Below are positions 57,201 to 64,000 of a DNA stretch of 64,000 nt, piece after piece. The DNA is from the human T2T-CHM13v2.0 reference genome, Homo sapiens, in NCBI GenBank assembly GCA_009914755.4, contig CP068257.2, positions 7,200,001 through 7,264,000 of the forward strand, written 5' to 3'. The notes beneath the pieces are model-generated. The model saw only the letters and a list, made by a program, of their open reading frames with translations. It was not told the origin of the DNA and made no database searches. Position numbers and translations under genes: made by a program. The stretch's first letter is position 1. Each line of letters starts with the position of its first letter.

Positions 57201-60200
57201 ATAGAATGGAATGGAATAGAATGGAATCAACCAGAACGGAATGTAATTGAAAGGAATGGAATGGAATGGAATGGAATGCTATGGAATCAACCCGAGTGGA
57301 ATGGAATGGAATGGAATGGAATGGAATGGAATGGAGTGGAATGGAATGGAATTGAATGGAGTGGAATGGAATGGAATGGAATGGATTGGATTGGAATAGA
57401 ATGGAGTGGAATCAACACGAATGTAATGAAATGGAATGGAATGGGAAGGTATGGAATCAACCCGAGTGGAATGGAATGGAATGGAATGGAATGGAATGGA
57501 ATGGAATGGAGTTGAATCGAGTTGAATGGAAGGCAATGGTATGGAATGGAAAGGAATGGAATGGAATGGAACTGAACGGAATTGAATTGAATGGCATGGA
57601 ATGAAGCCGAATGGAATGGAATGGAATGGAATGGAAAGGAATGGAATGGAATGGAATGAAATAGAATCAACTCGAGTGGAATGGAATGTAATGGAATGGA
57701 GTGGAATGGAATGGAATGGAGTGGAATGTAATGGAATTGAATGGAATGGAATGGAATGGAATGGAAAGGAATGGAATCAGCCTGAATGAAATGGAATGGA
57801 ATGGAATGGAATGGAATGGAAAGGCCTGGAATCAACCCGAATGGAATGGAACGGAGTGGAATGGAAAGGAATGGAATGGAATGGAATAGTATGGAATCAA
57901 CGAGAATGGAATGGAATGGAATGGAAAGGAATGGAATCATCCCGAGTGGAATGGAATGGTATAGAATGCAATGGAATGGAATGGAACAGAACGGAAAGGA
58001 ATTGAATGGAATAGATTGAATCCGAGAGGAATTGACTGGAGTGGAATGGATTGGAATGGAATGCAAGGGATTCAACTCAGTTGAATGTCATGGATTGGAA
58101 AGGAGTGGAATGGAATGGAATGGAAAAGAGTGGAATGGAATGGAATGGAATCAACACGAATGCAACGGAATGGAATGGAATGGAATGGAATGGAATGGAA
58201 AGGAATGGAAAGGAATGGAATCCAATGGAATCAAGTGGAATGGAATAGCATAGAATGGAATGGAATAGAATGGAATCAACCAGAACGGAATGGAATGGAA
58301 TGGAATGGAATGGAATGGAGTGGAATGGAAGGCAATGGAATGGAATGGAATGGAATGGAATGGAATGGAATGGAACTGAACGGAATGGAATTGAATGGCA
58401 TGGAATGAACCCGAATGGAGTGGAATGGAATAGAATGGAATGGAATGGAATGAAATAGAATCAACTCGAGTGGAATGGAATGTAATGGAATGGAGTGGAA
58501 TGGAATGGAATGGAATGGAATGGAATGGAATGGAATCAGCCTGAATGGAATGGAATGGAATGGAATGGAATTGAAGGGCATGGAATCAACCCGAGTGGAA
58601 TGCAATGGAATGGAATTCAATGGAATGGAATGGAATGGAATGGTATGGAATCAACCCGAGTGGAATATTATCGAATGGAATGGAATGGAACGGAATGGAA
58701 GGGAATAAAATGTAATTGAATGGAATGGAATCAACCGGAGTGGAATGGAATGGAATGGAGTGTAATGGTATGTAATGGAATGGAATGGAATTAAACGGAA
58801 AGGAACGGAATGGAATCAACACGAGTGGAAGGGAATGGAATGGAATGGAATGGAATCAACCCGAGTGGAATGGAATGGAATGGAATGCAATGGAAAGAAA
58901 CGGAGTATAATGGAACGGAATGGAAACATCCCGAGTGGAATGGAATGGTATGGAATGCAATGGAACGGAATGGAACAGAACGGAATGGAATGGAATGGAA
59001 TAGATTGAATCAGAGAGGAATTGAATGGAGTGGAATGGATTGCAATGGAATGCAATGGATTCAACCCTAGTTGAATGTCATGGATTGGAAAGGAATGGAA
59101 CGGAATGGAATGGAATGGAGTGGAATGGAATAGAATCAACACGAGTGGAATGGAATTTAATGGAATAGAGTGGAATGGAATGGAATGGAATGGAATGGAA
59201 TGGAATGGAATTGAATGGAATGGAATGGAATGGAATGGAATGGAATTGAATGGAATGGAATGGAATGGAATGGAATCAAACCTAATGGAATGGAATGGAA
59301 TGTTGTGGAATCAACCCTAGTGGAATGCAATGGAATCGAATGCAATGGAATGGCATGGAACAGAACAGTAAGTAATGGAATGCAATAGATTGACTCTGAG
59401 AGGAATTGACTGGAGTGGAATGGATTGGAATGGAATGCAAGGGATTCAACCCAGTTGAATGTCATGGATTGGAAAGGAGTGGAATGGAATGGTATGGAAA
59501 GCAGTGGAATGGAATGGAATGGTATCAACACGAATGGAATGGAACGGAATGGAATGGAATGGAATGGAATGGAATGGAATTGAATGGAATGGAATGGAAT
59601 GGAATAGAATGGAAACAACACGAATGGAATGGAAGGGAACGGAATGGAATGGAATGCCGTGGAATCCAAAGGAATGGAATGAAATAAAAACAAATAGAAT
59701 GGAACGGAATGGAATGGGAAGGAATGGAATGGAATGGATTGGAATGGAATGCAAGGGATTCAACCCATTTGAATGTCATGGATTGGAAACTAATGGAATG
59801 GAATGGAATGGAAAGGAGTGGAGTGGAATGGAATGGAATGGAATGGAATGGAATGGAATGGAATGGAATGGAATGGAATGGATTCAACCAGAATGGGATG
59901 GAATGGAATGGAATAGAATGGAATCAACCAGAGTGGATTGGAATGGAATGGAATGCAATTGAATTGAACGAAATAAAATGGATTTGAATGGAGTCATCCC
60001 GAGTGGAATGGGATTGTATGGAATGCAGTGGAATGGAATGGAACAGAATGGAAAGGAATGGAATCAATAGATTGAATCCGAGTGGAATTGAATGGAATGG
60101 AATGGATTGGAATGGAATGGAATGGATTAAAATGTAAAGGAATTCTTTCAAACCAATTGGAATGTCATGGATTGGAATGGAGTGGAATGGAATGGAATGG

Positions 60201-63200
60201 AATGGAAAGGAATGGAGTGGAGTGGAGTAAACACCAGTGGAATGAAACGGAATGGAATGAAATAGAATGTAATGGAATGGAATGGAATGAACCCGAATGG
60301 AATGGAATGGAATGGAATGAAATCAACTCGAGTGGAATGGAAAGGAATGGAATGGAATTGAATGGAATGGAAAGGAATGGAATCAACTGCAATGGAATGA
60401 AATGGAATGGAATGGAGTGTAATGGAATGGAATGCAATGGAATCAACCCGAGTTTAATGCAACGTAATGGAATGGAATGGAATGGAATGCAATGGAATGG
60501 AATGGAATCAACCCGAGTGGAGTGGAATAAAATTGAATTGAATGGAATGGAATTAACCCGAGTGGAACGGAATGGAATGGAATGGAATGGAATGGAATCA
60601 ACCCGAATGGAGTGTAATGGAATGGAATGGAATGGAATGGAATGGAATGGAAAGGAATGGAATTGAATTAAATGGAAAGGAATGGAATCATCTGTAATTG
60701 AATGAAATGGAATGGAATGAAATGGAATGGAATGGAATCAACCCGAGTGGAGTGAAATAAAATGGAATGGAATGGAATGGAATCCACCCGAGTGGAACAG
60801 AATGGGATGGATCCGAATGGAATGGAATGGAATGCAATGGCATGGATTGGAATGGAATGGCATGGAATCAACCCGAGTGTAATGGAATGGAATGGACTTC
60901 AATGGAATGGAATGGTATGGAATCAACCCGAGTGCAATATTATCGAATGGAATGGAATGGAATGGAATGGAATGGAAAGGAATGGAATAAAATATAATGG
61001 AATGGAATGGAATTAACCGGAGTGGAATGGAATGGATTGCAGTGGAATGGAATATAACGGAAAAAATGGAATTAAATGGAAAGGAACAGAATGGAATCAA
61101 CACGAGTGGAAGGGAATGTAATGGAATGTAGTGGAATCAACCAAAGTGGAATGGAATGGAATGGAATGCAATGGAATGAAACGGAATATAATGGAAAGGA
61201 ATGGAAACATCCCGAGTGGAATGGAATGGTATGGAATGCAATGGAACGGAATGGAACAGAACGGAATGGAATGGAATGGAATAGATTGAATCAGACAGGA
61301 ATTGAATGGAGAGGAATGGATTGGAATGGAATGCAATGGATTCAAACATAGTTGAATGGAATGGAATGGAATGGAATGGAAAGGAATGGAATGGAATGGA
61401 ATGGAATGGAGTGGAATGGAATGGAGTGGAATCAACACGAATGGAATGGAATGGAATGGAATGGAATGCAATGGAATGGAATGGAATGGAATGGAAACAA
61501 CACAAATAGAATGGAACGGAATGGAATGGAATGCTGTGGAATGGAATGGAATGGAATGAAATAAACACGAATAGAATGGAACGGAATGGAATGGAATGGA
61601 ATGGAGTGAAATGGAAAGGAACTGAATGGAACTAACCCGAGTGGAATTGAATGGAATGGAAAGGAATCAACCCGAGTGGAATGAAATGGAATGTAATGCA
61701 ATGGAATGGAGCGAAATCCACCTTAGTGGAATGGCATGGAATGGAATGGAATGGAATGGAATGGAATGGAATGGAATGCAATGCAATGGAATGGAATGGA
61801 ACAGAACGGAAAGGAATGGAATGGAATAGATTGAATCCGAGAGTAATTGACTGGAGTTGAATGGATTGGAATGGAATGCAAGGGATTCAACTCAGTTGAA
61901 TGTCATGGATTGGAAAGGAGTGGAATGGAATGGAATGGAAAGGAGTGGAATGGAATGGAATGGAATCAACACGAATGGAATGGAACGGAAAGGAATGGAA
62001 TGGAATGGAATGGAAACAACACGAGTGGAATGGAACGGAACGGAATGGAATGGAATGCTGTGGAATGGAATGGAATGGAATGAAATAAACACGAATAGAA
62101 TGGAACGCAATGGAATGGAAAGGAATGGAATGGAATGGAATGGAATGGAATGGAATGGAATGGAACGGAATCAAACCTAATGGAATGGAATGGAATGGAA
62201 TGTTGAGGAATCAACCCGAATGGAATGCAATGGAATCGAATGCAATGGAATGGCATGGAACAGAACGGTAAGTAATGGAATGCAATAGATTGAATCCGAG
62301 AGGAATTGACTGGAGTGGAATGGATTGGAATGGAAAGCAAGGGATTCAACCCAGTTGAATGTCACGGATTGGAAAGGAGTGGAATGGAATGGAATGGAAA
62401 GCAGTGGAATTAAATGGAATGGTATCAACACGAATGGAATGGAACGGAATGGAATGGAATGGAATTGAATTGAATGGAATGGAATGGAATGGAACGTAAT
62501 GGAATGGAATGCTGTGGAATCCAATGGAATGGAATGAAATAAAAACGAATAGAATGGAACGGAATGGAATGGAAAGGAATGGAATGGAATGGATTGGAAT
62601 GGAATGCAAGGGATTCAACCCAGTTGAATGTCATGGATTGCAAAGGAGTGGAATGGAATGGAATGGAAAGGAGTGGAATGGAATGGAATGGAATCAACAA
62701 GGTTGGAAAGGAACGGAATGGAATGTAATGGAAACAACACGAACGGAATGGAACGGAACGGAATGGAATGGAATGGAATGGAATCAACAAGGTTGGAAAG
62801 GAACGGAATGGAATGTAATGGAAACAACACGAATGGAATGGAACGGAATGGAATGGAATGGAATGCTGTGGAATGGAAAGAATTGGAACGAAATAAACAC
62901 GAATAGAATGGAACAGAATGCAATGGAATGGAATGGAATGGAATGGAATGGAATGAAATGGAAAGGAACGGAATGGAATTAACCCGAGTGGAACGGAATG
63001 GAATGGAAAGGAATCAACCCGAGTGAAATGAAATGGAATGTAATGCAATGGAATGGAGCGGAATCAACCTGAGACGAATGCAATGGAATGGAATGGAAAG
63101 GAGTGGAATGGAAAGGAATGGAATGGAATGCAATGGGATGCAATGGAACGGAATGGAATCCAATGGAATCAACTGGAATGGAATAGCATAGAATGGAATG

Positions 63201-64000
63201 GAATGGAATGGAATCAATCCGGGAGGAATGGAATGGAATGTATGGAGTGGAATAGAATAGAATGGAGCGGAATGGAATGGAACGGAATGCAGTGGAATTT
63301 AATCAAATGGAATCAACCCGAATGGAATGGAACGGAATGGAATGGAAAGGAATGGAATGAAATGGAAAGGAATGGAATGGAATGGAATGGAATGGAACGG
63401 AATCAACCCGAATGGCATGGAATGGGATGGAATGGAATGGAATGGAATGCAATGGAATGCTCTGGAATCAACCCGAGTGTAAGGGAAATGCATGGAATGG
63501 AATGGAATGGAATGGAATCAACCCAAGTGCAATGGAATGGAATGGAATGCAACGGAATCAACCCGAGTTGAATGGAATGGAAAGGAATGGTATGAAATGG
63601 AATGGAAAGGAATGGAATGGAATCAACCCGAATGGAATGTAATGGAATGGAAAGGAATGAATGGAATGGAATTGAATGGAATGCAATGGAATGGTATGGA
63701 ATCAACCCGAGTGGAATGGAATGGAATGGAATGGAATAGAATGGAATGGAATGGAATGGAATGCAATGGAATAGAATGGCATGGAAACGAACGGAATGGA
63801 ATGGAATGGAATGGAATGGAATGGAATGGAATGGAAAGGAATGGAATGGAATTTAAATGAACCTGAATGGAATGGAATGGAAAGGAATGCAATGGAATAA
63901 AATGGAATGGAATGAACCCGAATGGAATGGAATGGAATGGAATGGAATGGAATGGAATGGAATGGAAACAACACGAATGGAATGGAACGGAAAGGAATGG

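Larger units (their letters stand above)
1..64000 (+). repeat. Human/hominoid Satellite III (HSat3) (GGAAT)n array, G-rich strand on +; degenerate CAACCCGAGT/CAACCCGAAT junction motifs; no genes
   Basis: GGAATGGAAT pentamer periodicity is visible on every line. Recurrent caacccgagtggaatgg and caacccgaatggaatgg decamers occur throughout; the reverse complement of the latter is ATTCGGGTTG, the classical Sat III interruption. Perfect pentamer runs are limited to about 7-13 units. All six-frame ORFs translate to MEWNG or IPFHS cycles. Confidence 0.93.
36700..64000 (+). repeat. Distinct HSat3 subfamily domain, defined by a ~95-bp signature element and CAACACGAAT(A/G)GAATGGAACGG junctions; complex mosaic of two module types without a single fixed HOR period
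   Basis: There are ~27 copies of GATTGAATC(A/C)GAGAGGAATTGA..GGATTCAACCC(T)AGTTGAATGTCATGGATTGGAAAGG. Examples are at 37641, 38201, 38790, 40410, 41211, 43640, 45790, 47510, 50750, 51970, 52366, 53130, 54217, 54960, 55521, 55931, 56600, 58010, 59011, 59390, 61281, 61830, 62280 and 62590. Marker ORFs MSWIGKEWNG... and MERNQPESNAMEWNGKEWNG... recur at irregular spacings of 1.4-3.4 kb. Confidence 0.7.

Noticed and set aside
1-64000. CRISPR-like regularity: a conserved ~17-22-bp unit (ggaatcaacccgagtggaatgg) alternating with variable-length stretches
   Set aside because: The supposed 'spacers' are themselves (GGAAT)n of 5-bp periodicity and are not unique. The repeats are degenerate rather than identical, and there is no leader and no cas genes. 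The context is eukaryotic pericentromeric satellite.
1-64000. Alpha-satellite or centromere core (CENP-B box) or telomeric repeat
   Set aside because: There is no 171-bp periodicity and no CENP-B box (TTCGTTGGAAACGGGA). The aatggaaacgaaaggaaagg at ~4060 is only a superficial resemblance. No TTAGGG runs are present.
1-64000. HSat2 rather than HSat3
   Set aside because: HSat2 is built on a more diverged ~23/26-bp unit rich in ATCATCGAATGGAATCGAATGG-type sequence. Here long perfect pentamer runs and CAACCCGAGT/CAACCCGAAT decamers dominate, which is the HSat3 definition. Isolated aatggaatcgaatgg strings are too rare to indicate HSat2. Subfamily-level assignment still needs a k-mer or alignment check.
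1-64000. Dense GGAATG = TEAD/TEF-1 (M-CAT, CATTCC) binding-site cluster acting as an enhancer
   Set aside because: The motif is intrinsic to every repeat unit of the satellite, so its density is not evidence of a discrete regulatory element. Satellite-wide factor sequestration is possible in principle, but nothing in the sequence supports it.
1-64000. Chromosome assignment (9q12, Yq12/DYZ1, acrocentric short arms, etc.)
   Set aside because: It cannot be supported from sequence alone without alignment to a reference. The scarcity of HaeIII sites weakly argues against DYZ1, but I could not count sites exactly by eye.

Overview
The whole 64-kb window is one uninterrupted tandem-satellite array built on the pentamer GGAAT on the + strand (ATTCC on the - strand). 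Degenerate junction decamers of the CAACCCGAGT / CAACCCGAAT type sit every ~20-70 bp; the reverse complement of the latter is ATTCGGGTTG. This is the classical signature of human or hominoid Satellite III (HSat3) pericentromeric heterochromatin. I cannot distinguish a human from a closely related ape satellite, nor assign a chromosome, from the sequence alone. I see no protein-coding gene, tRNA, rRNA, CRISPR array, transposon insertion or prokaryotic-style operon. Every ORF in the six-frame track is an artefact of the repeat: three GGAAT units give GGA-ATG-GAA-TGG-AAT, read as MEWNG, and the opposite strand gives IPFHS. Neither strand's pure repeat contains a stop codon in any frame, so ORFs up to 339 aa arise by chance and overlap in all six frames. 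The biology here is the array architecture. There is a mosaic older domain at ~1-30.4 kb with nested duplications and a recurring ~1.2-kb module. A very recently homogenised ~1.65-kb higher-order repeat is present in three near-identical copies at 30.4-35.4 kb. At ~36.7 kb the array switches to a different HSat3 subfamily marked by a ~95-bp non-pentameric signature element, and an ectopic island of that subfamily sits at 27.6-28.45 kb. Orientation is uniform across the window. All coordinates of repeat blocks come from reading ORF-track identities and the raw sequence by eye, so treat them as accurate to roughly ±50 bp. I found no novel defence or metabolic system here, and I do not think one is present.
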